From Thermoplasmata archaeon (GTDB lineage: Archaea > Thermoplasmatota > Thermoplasmata > Lutacidiplasmatales > UBA184), in the NCBI GenBank assembly GCA_030037735.1, contig JASHQC010000056.1, positions 1,707 through 65,706 on the forward strand: DNA of 64,000 nucleotides, given 5' to 3'. Under the pieces are notes generated by a model. It saw only the letters and a list, made by a program, of their open reading frames with translations. It had not been told where the DNA came from and searched no databases. Shown in pieces: positions 10,537-19,423 of the stretch (position 1 is its first letter; each line of letters opens with the position of its first letter). The translations under genes and the position numbers were made by a program.

Positions 10537-11416
10537 CGCGTCGAACTCTCCCCCCTTCGTCTCTATCGTGATCACCGTTCGCAACGAAGCGCCGCACCTC
10601 CCCGACCTTTTCGATAGCCTGCTTCGGCAGGAACCCCCGTTCGAGATCGTTCTCGTCGACGCCCTCTCCCGCGATGGAACGCGGGCCGTCGCCGGCCGAT
10701 ATGCGCGGAACCATCCCGGAGTCGTTCGTTTCTTTGAACACTCGGGTTCCCGGGGCATTGGGCGGAACGAGGGCGTCCGCCAGTCGAAGGCCGGCCTGAT
10801 CGCCTTCATCGACGGTGACTGCATCGCCGATTCCGACTGGCTCGCCCAGCTGCGCAACGGGCTGACAGAGTCGCCCGTGGCCGCCGGGCGAACGATCGTC
10901 GTCGGCCGCCCCGCGTATGCCAACCTCGAACGGGTAGAGTTGTATCAGGGAGGCAGCGACGTCACGTTCCCCTCGTGCAACCTGGCCTACCGCCGGGCCC
11001 TGTTCCTGCAACTCGGAGGGTTCGACCCTCGCTTCATCACCGCCGAGGACATCGACCTCAATCTGCGCGCCGTGCACGCGGGAGCCCAGATCCGGTACGT
11101 CCCCGATGCCATGGTCTACCACCGGGTTCGTTCCACGTTGGTCCGGTTCCTCTACCAGGCGTTCTGGAACGGTTACGGCCGCAAACAGCTCACCGAGAAA
11201 CACGGGCTCCTCTGGGGGAAGTACCGGTATCGCCGGCTGCTTCAGGGACAGCGCAGCGTGCTCGCCTGGGCCCGGCTCGTCGCTGCCCTGACCGGATATT
11301 TCACGCGCGTCGTGACCGGCGGCGGCCGACGGTTGACGGGACCTGCACCTGCAACGATGAGTTTCTCCGCCGGGGGGACGGCCCCCGGGGACTCGGCGTC
11401 CCGTGAGTCGTCCTAG
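10526..11416 (+). CDS. family 2 glycosyltransferase
   Basis: FVSIVITVRNEAPHL.. N-terminus plus DGD/DxD motifs typical of GT2. Confidence 0.75.
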   Translation: MGSSASNSPPFVSIVITVRNEAPHLPDLFDSLLRQEPPFEIVLVDALSRDGTRAVAGRYARNHPGVVRFFEHSGSRGIGRNEGVRQSKAGLIAFIDGDCIADSDWLAQLRNGLTESPVAAGRTIVVGRPAYANLERVELYQGGSDVTFPSCNLAYRRALFLQLGGFDPRFITAEDIDLNLRAVHAGAQIRYVPDAMVYHRVRSTLVRFLYQAFWNGYGRKQLTEKHGLLWGKYRYRRLLQGQRSVLAWARLVAALTGYFTRVVTGGGRRLTGPAPATMSFSAGGTAPGDSASRESS

Positions 11417-11724
11417 CGCTCGGACTTCCAGGCTTGGTGAACGTCCTTCTCGATCTCCTCCCGCAGGGTCGAGAGCTGCTCCCAGCGGTCGAGCGTGTCA
11501 ATCGACTCCTTGAGGGCGCGCAAGCAATCGATGCAGACCCAACGAGCGCCGACGCGCTTGAGTGGCTTCTGCCGGTAGTAGATCTTGTCGCACAGGAAGC
11601 AGACCCGCATTTCCTGGGTCTGTTGTTCGACGTAGCTCTCGAACCGTTTCCCTTCGGCGAGGTTCCGGAGGAGCCGCTTGCCCGACGGGCTACGCTGCGT
11701 CAACGGGGCGGTGGAGTCGCCCAC
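11413..11724 (-). CDS. small zinc-ribbon protein (CxxC..CxxC)
   Basis: CFLCDK..(17)..CIDC motif; start uncertain. Confidence 0.35.
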   Translation of the reverse strand: MGDSTAPLTQRSPSGKRLLRNLAEGKRFESYVEQQTQEMRVCFLCDKIYYRQKPLKRVGARWVCIDCLRALKESIDTLDRWEQLSTLREEIEKDVHQAWKSER

Positions 11725-11756
11725 GGAACCCCTAACAACGACTGGGTCGGCGCGCG

Positions 11757-12116
11757 CTAGCCCGTCTTCACGAGCTCAGCGACCTTCGTGACCTCAGCGA
11801 GCACCTTCGTAGTGTCCACGCTCTGGTCGACGACGGCCACTAGGAGCGCCTTCTTGCCGCTGCCGACGATGATCGTCTTCGAGTCGTTCCCCTCGATTAC
11901 GATTTTCTCGGGGGGAGACCGGTTGAGTTCCGTGTTGGCGGTCGCCGCGGCACCGAGGATCGTGGCGCACATGATCGCGAAGGTCTCCGTGTAAACGCCC
12001 GCGGGCACGTCAGCGTAGAGCACCAGGCCATCCCGAGAGACGAGCGCGGTGGCGAGGGCGCCGATACGTGTCTTCAGGTCTCGGATGACCGCGCCCACAT
12101 TTCCTGTTGCCATCAT
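11757..12116 (-). CDS. roadblock/LC7 (MglB-like) domain protein
   Basis: 119 aa resembling roadblock/LC7 family proteins. Confidence 0.6.
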   Translation of the reverse strand: MMATGNVGAVIRDLKTRIGALATALVSRDGLVLYADVPAGVYTETFAIMCATILGAAATANTELNRSPPEKIVIEGNDSKTIIVGSGKKALLVAVVDQSVDTTKVLAEVTKVAELVKTG

Positions 12117-12131
12117 GCTCCCCGGATTCCC

Positions 12132-12557
12132 CTACATTTCTTCGATACGAAAACGGCACTCGGGTTGATTCTGACTCGCGCAGACCTCTTCGGTACATTT
12201 AACGCGGGTGCCCTTAAAACGTTCGTACAACTCGCGGAGGATTCCCCGGAGCCGGTGGCAGGTCGGGATATCGCTATCAGGAACGACCTCGATGGACCCC
12301 TTGACCACGACGTCCTGGTCGCGGAAGGTTATCCCTTCAATCCACCCCCTCTCTTTCAATATTTCGGCCGCCCGGTCGTGAAAGTGCGCCCGGTCCTTGA
12401 GCGCCTCCTCGGCCATGTCGGAGCCGATGACCGAGCCCTCCTTGAAGAACAGGCCGTGGCACGCGTGGGACATGACCCCCTCGTAGAGGTCATTGACCTT
12501 GTGCAACTCGCCCTGGTTCAGTTTCACGAAGCGCATGGCGACGGCGCCGCACCCCAT
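12132..12557 (-). CDS. V4R domain protein
   Basis: Conserved Cys/His pattern and size typical of V4R; co-located with a roadblock gene as is usual in archaea. Confidence 0.5.
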   Translation of the reverse strand: MGCGAVAMRFVKLNQGELHKVNDLYEGVMSHACHGLFFKEGSVIGSDMAEEALKDRAHFHDRAAEILKERGWIEGITFRDQDVVVKGSIEVVPDSDIPTCHRLRGILRELYERFKGTRVKCTEEVCASQNQPECRFRIEEM

Positions 12558-12617
12558 CGGACCCTATAAAGTCCTTTTGCCGGCCGACAAGGGACGCGGA
12601 AACTCGACCCGCGTGGC

Positions 12618-13382
12618 CTACGACGAGTCGGGTCCCGGCGACTCGGGCGCCGGTTCGGGAGCAGTGCCAGAGGACGGCTCCGCCGGTGGGAACAGGCGGT
12701 GTGGTAGCTCCAACAGGGAGGGAATTCGAGTGGCCTCGACCCGAGACCACCAATCGAGGCGGTCCACCAGAACGCCTTGAAGCCCCGCGCGCCCCGCGGC
12801 GCGCACGTCGCTCCAGAATAGATCGCCCACGAAGGCGGCCTCTTCGGGGGCGACGGCGAGCCCGTGGCAGGCCCCTTTAAACGCCTCCGCCGCCGGAGTT
12901 CGCGGTTCTTCCGGGGCCTCGCCGAAGACCTGCGGAAGCATCGCGAGCATGTGGAGTTGAGTGATTAACTCCCGGGCACGCGAACCGGTGTGGCCCACTA
13001 GGACGGCCATCTTCAGCCCCCGAGAATGGAGCGATTCCAGGCAAGGCCGAACGTCGGCGAACGGCTCGATCGGCCCCGGGTACTTGGGGAACCGGGCGAG
13101 GACCGCCTCAGTTTCCATTTCGGGCAGGGACCGTCCCGCGATGGCGAAGAGCATGTCCCTTAGCGTATCGTGATATGCGGCGGCATCCGCGGGCGGGGCG
13201 TCGCCCACCAGCCCTTGCCACCGGCGTCGATCCCACCGGCGCAGGCCCTCGCGGATCGAGGCCCGTACGTGCCGCTCGTTGAGCCGGGGCCCCTGCGGCT
13301 TCCAGGCCCATTGCCATCGCTCGTAGGTGTGCATGGGGATCAACGTGTCGTCGAAATCCCACAGCACAGCGCGGAGGGCCAT
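12618..13382 (-). CDS. HAD superfamily hydrolase
   Basis: WDFDDTL (DxDxT) motif I and a downstream GD motif. Confidence 0.65.
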   Translation of the reverse strand: MALRAVLWDFDDTLIPMHTYERWQWAWKPQGPRLNERHVRASIREGLRRWDRRRWQGLVGDAPPADAAAYHDTLRDMLFAIAGRSLPEMETEAVLARFPKYPGPIEPFADVRPCLESLHSRGLKMAVLVGHTGSRARELITQLHMLAMLPQVFGEAPEEPRTPAAEAFKGACHGLAVAPEEAAFVGDLFWSDVRAAGRAGLQGVLVDRLDWWSRVEATRIPSLLELPHRLFPPAEPSSGTAPEPAPESPGPDSS

Positions 13383-13407
13383 GCCTCAGGATACGGCGAA
13401 CCGGGTC

Positions 13408-14277
13408 TTATCGGTGCCCGGACTTTTGGAGATGGAGCAAATCCTCGGTCGAGACCTTCTCGCCTTTCTTGAGCCGGGCCAAAAAGTCCTCTTCCTTCGC
13501 CGGCTCCTGCGCTTCGGTGGGAGCGCCGCCCGGGCCGCGTCCCCCTCGCGCCGCGTGGAGCATCTTCTCGATGTCCCGGACCTCCTCGATGGCGCCGATG
13601 TGGGCCCGGTGCTCTTCGTCGGCCTGGGCCTTCACCTCGAGCAGCTTCGCCTGTACCTCGTCAGCCTGCCGCCGGAGCTCGTCGACCTGCTCGTAGAGCG
13701 AGACCATCGCTTCGTGCTCTCGCTGCGCCGATTCGGCGAGCTGACCCACCAGCGCGTGGTTCTCCTCGGCAAGCCTCTTCGCCTCGCCGACCTCCGCCAG
13801 CACGTTGCTGATCTCCGGGTCCTGGCGGAACTGATCGTCCTGTTCCCGGATCTGCTGCTCGATCCGTTTCATCTCCCCGATGAGCCGCTTCTCCTGCTCA
13901 TCCGTCAGGGCGCTGGTCATGTGACGGAATTCGAGCTCCTTGAGGTCCTTGCGGAGCTTCCAGGTGGGCACCGCTCCCGGCCGGGGTCCCCGAGTACGCT
14001 TGAGCTCCTGGGCCCGGTCGGAGACCTCCTGGAGCTTTCGGTTCCACTCGTCGCGGAGGCGCTTCGTCTCCTTGACCTGTTCGTTGAACTCATCTCGCTG
14101 CCGACGGTGCGCCTGGGCCTCACCGCTCTTGGCCCTCAGCTCGTCGATGACCTGCGCCCGCTTCTCGGCCCAGCTCCGGGCCTCCGCGTTGAGCTTGTCG
14201 CGAATCGCCCGATGCTCGTCCGCTCGCGCGTTCGACTCGGCCCGTTTTCGTTCCAGCTCTTCGATGGCGTCGGCCAA
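13408..14277 (-). CDS. coiled-coil protein of unknown function
   Basis: 289 aa, highly charged, with heptad-like E/R/K/Q-rich repeats throughout; divergent from the HerA-like gene. Confidence 0.5.
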   Translation of the reverse strand: MADAIEELERKRAESNARADEHRAIRDKLNAEARSWAEKRAQVIDELRAKSGEAQAHRRQRDEFNEQVKETKRLRDEWNRKLQEVSDRAQELKRTRGPRPGAVPTWKLRKDLKELEFRHMTSALTDEQEKRLIGEMKRIEQQIREQDDQFRQDPEISNVLAEVGEAKRLAEENHALVGQLAESAQREHEAMVSLYEQVDELRRQADEVQAKLLEVKAQADEEHRAHIGAIEEVRDIEKMLHAARGGRGPGGAPTEAQEPAKEEDFLARLKKGEKVSTEDLLHLQKSGHR

Positions 14278-14430
14278 GGGTCACCGCCCGGGATCGAGAA
14301 GTACCACCGGGATGGTGTTCGACAGGGGAGGCCGATTTAAGGTCTTCCCCGGGAGCGACGGCGAGCGCCGGACCCGGGGCCGTCCGACCGCTTCGCGGGT
14401 GACCGGCCCTTCCTGTCCCGCGGCAAGCTA

Positions 14431-15906
14431 ATGAGCGGTCCTAACGCTCGAATCCTCGTGGACGAGGTCGGCCGCATCTTCGGAGACGTTGGGCTGGGCC
14501 AGTTCCAGCTCAGCCTGAACCGCCCCATCGAGCGGGGGGATTACCTCGCGGTGGAGGACGAGCTGCACGGCCTTGTGCTCTGCCAGCTCGACAACCTACG
14601 TCGCAAGAGCGACCTCGACCTGGACCGCGCCGACGCGCTGGTGCATGGAGCGGACACCCCCATCCACGAGAACCTGATTGGGATCGTTCAAATCATCGGA
14701 TACCGGGACGCCGGTGGGCCAGTGAAGGTGCCCACGATCCCGTTCCGGCCCGGGGCGAAGGTCTACCGGGCCGAGGAGGGGCTCATCGCTGACGTCTTGG
14801 GACTGAAGAAGCACCCGAACTCGGGCGCCTACGTAGGGCTCCTCCGAGGGCACTCGCTCCGTGTCGAACTCGACATCAATGCACTCTTCCAGCGCCACGT
14901 GTCGGTCCTGGCTAAGACCGGTGGAGGGAAGAGCTACCTTCTCGGGGTGATCGTCGAGGAGCTTCTCCGGCACAAGGTCACCTGTGTCATCATCGACCCG
15001 CACGGCGAGTACGGCTCTCTCCGCTACCCGAGCGACAAGAACGGGCACAGCGACCGGTTCCGCGTCGACGCCCAGGGCTTCGCGAGCCGAATTCTGGAAT
15101 TCTCGCCGGACGTGTCACTGAACAAAGAAGCGAGACCGCTCACCTTCTCGCTGCGCCACCTCGACCCGCGCGACCTGCTCGTGTTCATGGGTCTCACGAA
15201 CGTCAAGAATTTCCTGGGACCGCTCCGCAAGGTACTCGAAGAGGTGCAGTCAGGGAACCCGGACTACACCGTCAAGGATCTGATCCGGGCCGCCGAGCAC
15301 GGGGAGGGGGCGGTCCTCGAGACGCTCCACGAGCGGCTCGAGTACGTGGACCAGACGAGGCTCCTCGCGCCCCAAGGCACCAGTCTCTCCGAGCTCGTGC
15401 AGGAAGGCAAGGCCAGTCTCGTGAACCTCCGGGGCGTGGCGCCCGACGTACAGGAGCTCGTCGTGGCGCGCATCGCCACGACGCTGTTCGAGAGCCGGAA
15501 GAAGGGGAAGATTCCACCCCTCTTCCTCGTCATCGAAGAGGCCCACAACTTCGCACCCCAGCAGGGGACGGCGAGCTGCTCGCGCGTGCTCAAGAACATC
15601 GCGAGCGAGGGCCGGAAGTTCGGCCTCGGGCTCTGCGTCGTCACACAACGGGCCGCGCGAATCGACAAGAGCGTCCTCTCCCAGTGCAATACACAGCTGA
15701 TCCTCCAAGTCACCAACCCGCTCGACCTCAAGGCCATCGCTCAGTCGATCGAAGGACTCACGCCGGGGATGACGGAGATGATTCAGGGACTCCCCGTCGG
15801 CACGGCGCTCGTGACGGGGGGTGGGTACCAAACCCCCCTCTTTTGCGAGGTCCGGCCGCGGGCAACGCGCCACGGCGGCGAGAGCCAGCGGATCGTTCCG
15901 AACTAG
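14431..15906 (+). CDS. HerA/FtsK-superfamily ATPase (DUF87, HerA-like)
   Basis: N-terminal barrel domain, Walker A AKTGGGKS and Walker B CVIIDPHGEY. Confidence 0.7.
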   Translation: MSGPNARILVDEVGRIFGDVGLGQFQLSLNRPIERGDYLAVEDELHGLVLCQLDNLRRKSDLDLDRADALVHGADTPIHENLIGIVQIIGYRDAGGPVKVPTIPFRPGAKVYRAEEGLIADVLGLKKHPNSGAYVGLLRGHSLRVELDINALFQRHVSVLAKTGGGKSYLLGVIVEELLRHKVTCVIIDPHGEYGSLRYPSDKNGHSDRFRVDAQGFASRILEFSPDVSLNKEARPLTFSLRHLDPRDLLVFMGLTNVKNFLGPLRKVLEEVQSGNPDYTVKDLIRAAEHGEGAVLETLHERLEYVDQTRLLAPQGTSLSELVQEGKASLVNLRGVAPDVQELVVARIATTLFESRKKGKIPPLFLVIEEAHNFAPQQGTASCSRVLKNIASEGRKFGLGLCVVTQRAARIDKSVLSQCNTQLILQVTNPLDLKAIAQSIEGLTPGMTEMIQGLPVGTALVTGGGYQTPLFCEVRPRATRHGGESQRIVPN

Positions 15907-15925
15907 ACCCAAACGGTCGGGAACC

Positions 15926-17449
15926 CTATCGCGGCGTGGTCATCAGGTACCGCGTCACGAGCCGCACCCCGAACGCGGTAGCGCCCTTGTTGAAGTAGGA
16001 CGGCGCATACCGGCTGATTGGCCCCTCGTTGTAGCCGGGCCCCGCGATGTCGAGGTGGGCCCAGGCCGTTCCCCCGACGAAGTTCTCCAGGAAGGCGGCC
16101 GCGGTCAACGCGCCCGCCTCGCGCATCTCCGTGGAGTTGCGGACGTCCCCGATCTCGCTTTTCACCATCTCGCGGTGAGTGTCCGTGACGGGCAACCGCC
16201 AGAGCTGCTCCCCTGTCTGATGGGAGGCATCGAGCAGCGCCTGCGCCAGACCGTCGTCGTTCGACATCAGGCCCGCGATGTCCGGGCCGAGCGCCACCAC
16301 GCACGCTCCGGTGAGCGTGGCCATGTCGATCACCTGGTCGGGATGGTAATGCTCCACGACGTAGCCGAGCGCGTCGGAGAGGACGACCCGCCCCTCCGCG
16401 TCCGTGTTGAGGACCTCGATCGTCTTGCCGCTGTGCGTCCGGAGGACGTCCCCCGGCCGGTAGGCGGTCGGTCCCGGCAAGTTCTCGGCGCAGGCCATGA
16501 CCCCAATCACGCGGGGAGGGACCTTGAGGGACGCCGCCGCCCGTACCACCCCGAGCACGGCGCACGCGCCCGACTTGTCATATTTCATCGCCGACATGCC
16601 CTGCGCCTGCTTGATGGAGATCCCGCCGGAGTCGAAGGTGATGCCCTTCCCGACCACGGCCACGGTCTTTCCGCTCCGAGCGCCGCCACCGTACTCCAGC
16701 ACGATCAAGCGTGGCGGGTGAGAGCTCCCGCTCCCCACCCCCAGGATGCCCCCGCAGTTCATCTCGGCGAGTTTCTTCTCGTCGAAGACCGTCACCTTGA
16801 CGTTGTACTCTTTCCCGAACGCGCGCGCTTGTTCCGCGAGCCACTCGGGCGTGGCCGTGTCGGCCGGAACGTTGGCCACGTCACGGGTCCAAAGCACCGT
16901 CTCGACCAGCATCTCCTCCTGCTCCATGGCCTTCCGCAGCGGCGCCTCCTCTCGGGCCGCTTCCTCGCCCAGGAAGATCGTGGCGTCCTCGACCTTCCCT
17001 TCGGACGTGGTCTTGTACCGTAGGAACTCGTATCCCCCGAGCGCCGCCCCGTCGACGAGGGCGCGGATGGCGGCCTCGGCGGGAATCCGGTCGCTCGAGA
17101 ACGAGGCGAGCTTGAATCCGAGCGTGCGGGCGCCACGGCCCTTCAGCGCGCGGACGGCCTCGGCGGAGGCGTTGCGAATGGTCTCCAGATCGACTTGGGT
17201 CCGGGCGCCGAGCCCCACGACGAGCAGCCGGCCCTTCCCATCGGGCCGGTGGAAGATGGTGACCTCCTTCCGCTTGCCCCGGATCTCGCGCCGCTCCCAG
17301 GCGGCCGAGAGCGCCTTGCCGAACGCCAGGTCCTCCTTCGAAAGGGCGCGCGGGAAGGCGTCCTCTTTCTCGGCGCGTTCCGGTATCCCGACGGCGATTG
17401 CGTCGACAGTTCCCTGAGTAGCTTCTCGGCGGTCCAGCGTGAATCGCAT
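15926..17449 (-). CDS. pepA: leucyl aminopeptidase (M17 family)
   Basis: NTDAEGRVVLSDALGY signature and M17 metal ligands. Confidence 0.85.
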   Translation of the reverse strand: MRFTLDRREATQGTVDAIAVGIPERAEKEDAFPRALSKEDLAFGKALSAAWERREIRGKRKEVTIFHRPDGKGRLLVVGLGARTQVDLETIRNASAEAVRALKGRGARTLGFKLASFSSDRIPAEAAIRALVDGAALGGYEFLRYKTTSEGKVEDATIFLGEEAAREEAPLRKAMEQEEMLVETVLWTRDVANVPADTATPEWLAEQARAFGKEYNVKVTVFDEKKLAEMNCGGILGVGSGSSHPPRLIVLEYGGGARSGKTVAVVGKGITFDSGGISIKQAQGMSAMKYDKSGACAVLGVVRAAASLKVPPRVIGVMACAENLPGPTAYRPGDVLRTHSGKTIEVLNTDAEGRVVLSDALGYVVEHYHPDQVIDMATLTGACVVALGPDIAGLMSNDDGLAQALLDASHQTGEQLWRLPVTDTHREMVKSEIGDVRNSTEMREAGALTAAAFLENFVGGTAWAHLDIAGPGYNEGPISRYAPSYFNKGATAFGVRLVTRYLMTTPR

Positions 17450-17482
17450 CCTTATCCCCGTTCCGGGGATTCAAGGGTCGGA

Positions 17483-17911
17483 TTAGAACCCGGCCCGAAC
17501 CTTCTGGCGATCGATCCGAATCCCCGCGGGTGTGAGACAGATGAGGTTCTTAGCAATGCCGGCCACGTCGCCGCCGATGTCCTTGGCGACGCTCTTGAGG
17601 TCGGTGCTCATCCGTTTGAGGGTCATCTGGTCGTTTGATACCGACGTGTAGTCGATCAGGACGATGTCGCCCTGGTAGGCCAGCTTGGTGGCGTTGTGGA
17701 GGTCGTCGAAGCGGATGATCTCGGCCATGCGCACGGTTCCGCGCGCACCAGCGAGCCCCTCGGCCTCGTCCTCGAACTCCATCGAGCCCAGGTCCAGGAA
17801 GCTTCCCTCTTCGAGCGTCTCGTCTCCGTGATGCCGCCGCAGTAGCCCACTTCGCTTCATCATGACCGGATTCCACCCCGTGTCGACAGGGCGCAAAAGG
17901 CGGGGTACCAT
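17483..17911 (-). CDS. sepF: SepF-like cell division protein (DUF552)
   Basis: C-terminal region matches the SepF fold pattern (..IIRFDDL..DIVLIDYTSV..IAKNLICLTP..IRID); the real start is probably the internal MMKRSG. Confidence 0.55.
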   Translation of the reverse strand: MVPRLLRPVDTGWNPVMMKRSGLLRRHHGDETLEEGSFLDLGSMEFEDEAEGLAGARGTVRMAEIIRFDDLHNATKLAYQGDIVLIDYTSVSNDQMTLKRMSTDLKSVAKDIGGDVAGIAKNLICLTPAGIRIDRQKVRAGF

Positions 17912-17913
17912 TC

Positions 17914-19044
17914 TTAAGCGTGCCGCTCCACTTCTCGGCGGCGGGCCCGCGGTGCGACGTACCAGAGGTGCTCGCCGTCGATCACGAGGTCCGGAGTCCC
18001 CTCAATCTCTTGGGTCGGCTCCCCTCGGACGATGACCCAGTCGGCGGAGACCGGGTGTTCTCCCTCGAGGACGCCGTCGGGAGCGCGACGGACCGGTACC
18101 GGCTGTTTCTTCTCAGGACCACCGACCCAGCGGGCCTTCTCGAGCAGGGAGGCCGGCCAGATCTCAACGGCGCCGGTGGCCGCGGAGGCAAGCTCGAACC
18201 CGCCCCGGGACGACGGGCGCTCCAGCCGGTACAGCCGCCCCTTGTCCACGTAGTAATCGCCGCGGAGATGCTCGGGGAACCGCACGGCGAAGGTGACCCG
18301 GTACAGATCCTGACCGTCCTTCCGTCCGTAGAGAGTGGCCGACTCCTTCACCTCAGCGCCGAACCGTTCCTTGAACAGCCGAGCCACCCCTCGGGCGGCC
18401 AGCGTCTCGGTGAAGTAATGGTCCCAGCCCTCCGGCTTCATCTCCGTCCAAGAGTGGTGGCCCCGCCAATCCGCGCGGGCGGTAGGTATCGTGGTGTCCC
18501 AGATCTCCGCCAGTCGCTGCCGCAATTCCGGGGCCTTCCGGCGCGAGCCATTTTCCGGGCCCCGCAGCTGGATCAACGCCGTGTAATAATGCCCGGAACG
18601 CCGGCTGCAGTCCGGACAGGTTCGGTGAACGATCTTGGTCGTGAACTCGACCGGCACGACGCGCTCGAGGCCTCGAAATCGGAGATGAACGTCTCCGTGG
18701 ATGTTCTTCAGCATCGGGTTGGAGCCCGTCTCCTGCCACTCCACCCGTCGGATGGCCACCTGGTCGTCCGGAACGAGGAAGGGGACCAGGTCCTCGGACC
18801 CGAGGAGGGCCGATGCCCCGGCGCGCTCCCAGTGCTTGCCGACCTCTCGGGCGCCGCAGGAGGGGCATACGGTGACGCTAGCATGTGGCCGTGTGGACAC
18901 TAGCGTCCGCCGGGACGCCTCACACTCGGCGCAAACCCCGTCCGTCAGCGGGAGACCCGTCCGGCCGCACAGGACGCAGAACTCGCCCTCGGCGGGCCGG
19001 TCGTCGGCCCGCCCCTCAGGGGGTGAAGCTGACGATTTCGGCAT
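17914..19044 (-). CDS. NMD3-family protein (archaeal ribosome biogenesis/export factor homolog)
   Basis: N-terminal tandem treble-clef CxxC pairs (FCVLCG..CAEC..CPSCG..CPDC) and size (376 aa) typical of archaeal NMD3. Confidence 0.55.
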   Translation of the reverse strand: MPKSSASPPEGRADDRPAEGEFCVLCGRTGLPLTDGVCAECEASRRTLVSTRPHASVTVCPSCGAREVGKHWERAGASALLGSEDLVPFLVPDDQVAIRRVEWQETGSNPMLKNIHGDVHLRFRGLERVVPVEFTTKIVHRTCPDCSRRSGHYYTALIQLRGPENGSRRKAPELRQRLAEIWDTTIPTARADWRGHHSWTEMKPEGWDHYFTETLAARGVARLFKERFGAEVKESATLYGRKDGQDLYRVTFAVRFPEHLRGDYYVDKGRLYRLERPSSRGGFELASAATGAVEIWPASLLEKARWVGGPEKKQPVPVRRAPDGVLEGEHPVSADWVIVRGEPTQEIEGTPDLVIDGEHLWYVAPRARRREVERHA

Positions 19045-19423
19045 GGGGAACGCCCCCGAGCGTGCCCGTGTGGTCCTCCGCGAGGAGTCCTTCCTCCTGG
19101 GCGATCTGGCAGACCAGGGCTCCGAGTAGATTCACGATCGTGCCGTGCTGGATCGCCCAGACGAGCTCCTCGCGGGCGACCTTCCGTTCCCCGTAGAACT
19201 GGGGAGAGACCTTGACCTTGGCCGAGCCCCGTCCCAGCGGAAGCTCGCGACCGAGAAGCTCGGCGTCGCAGGCCGCGACGACCACCTCCCGTCGGACACG
19301 GTGGACCCGCATGACCACCTCTACGCCTCCGTTGACCATGGCCCGAACAAGAAGGGAACCGGCGCCCGAGCTTATACCGACTTCCAAACCGAGAGGTAGG
19401 CTCAGAAGCGGATGAGCTGCCAC
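19016..19423 (-). CDS. small conserved hypothetical protein (possibly DUF424-like)
   Basis: ORF only; start uncertain. Confidence 0.3.
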   Translation of the reverse strand: MAAHPLLSLPLGLEVGISSGAGSLLVRAMVNGGVEVVMRVHRVRREVVVAACDAELLGRELPLGRGSAKVKVSPQFYGERKVAREELVWAIQHGTIVNLLGALVCQIAQEEGLLAEDHTGTLGGVPHAEIVSFTP

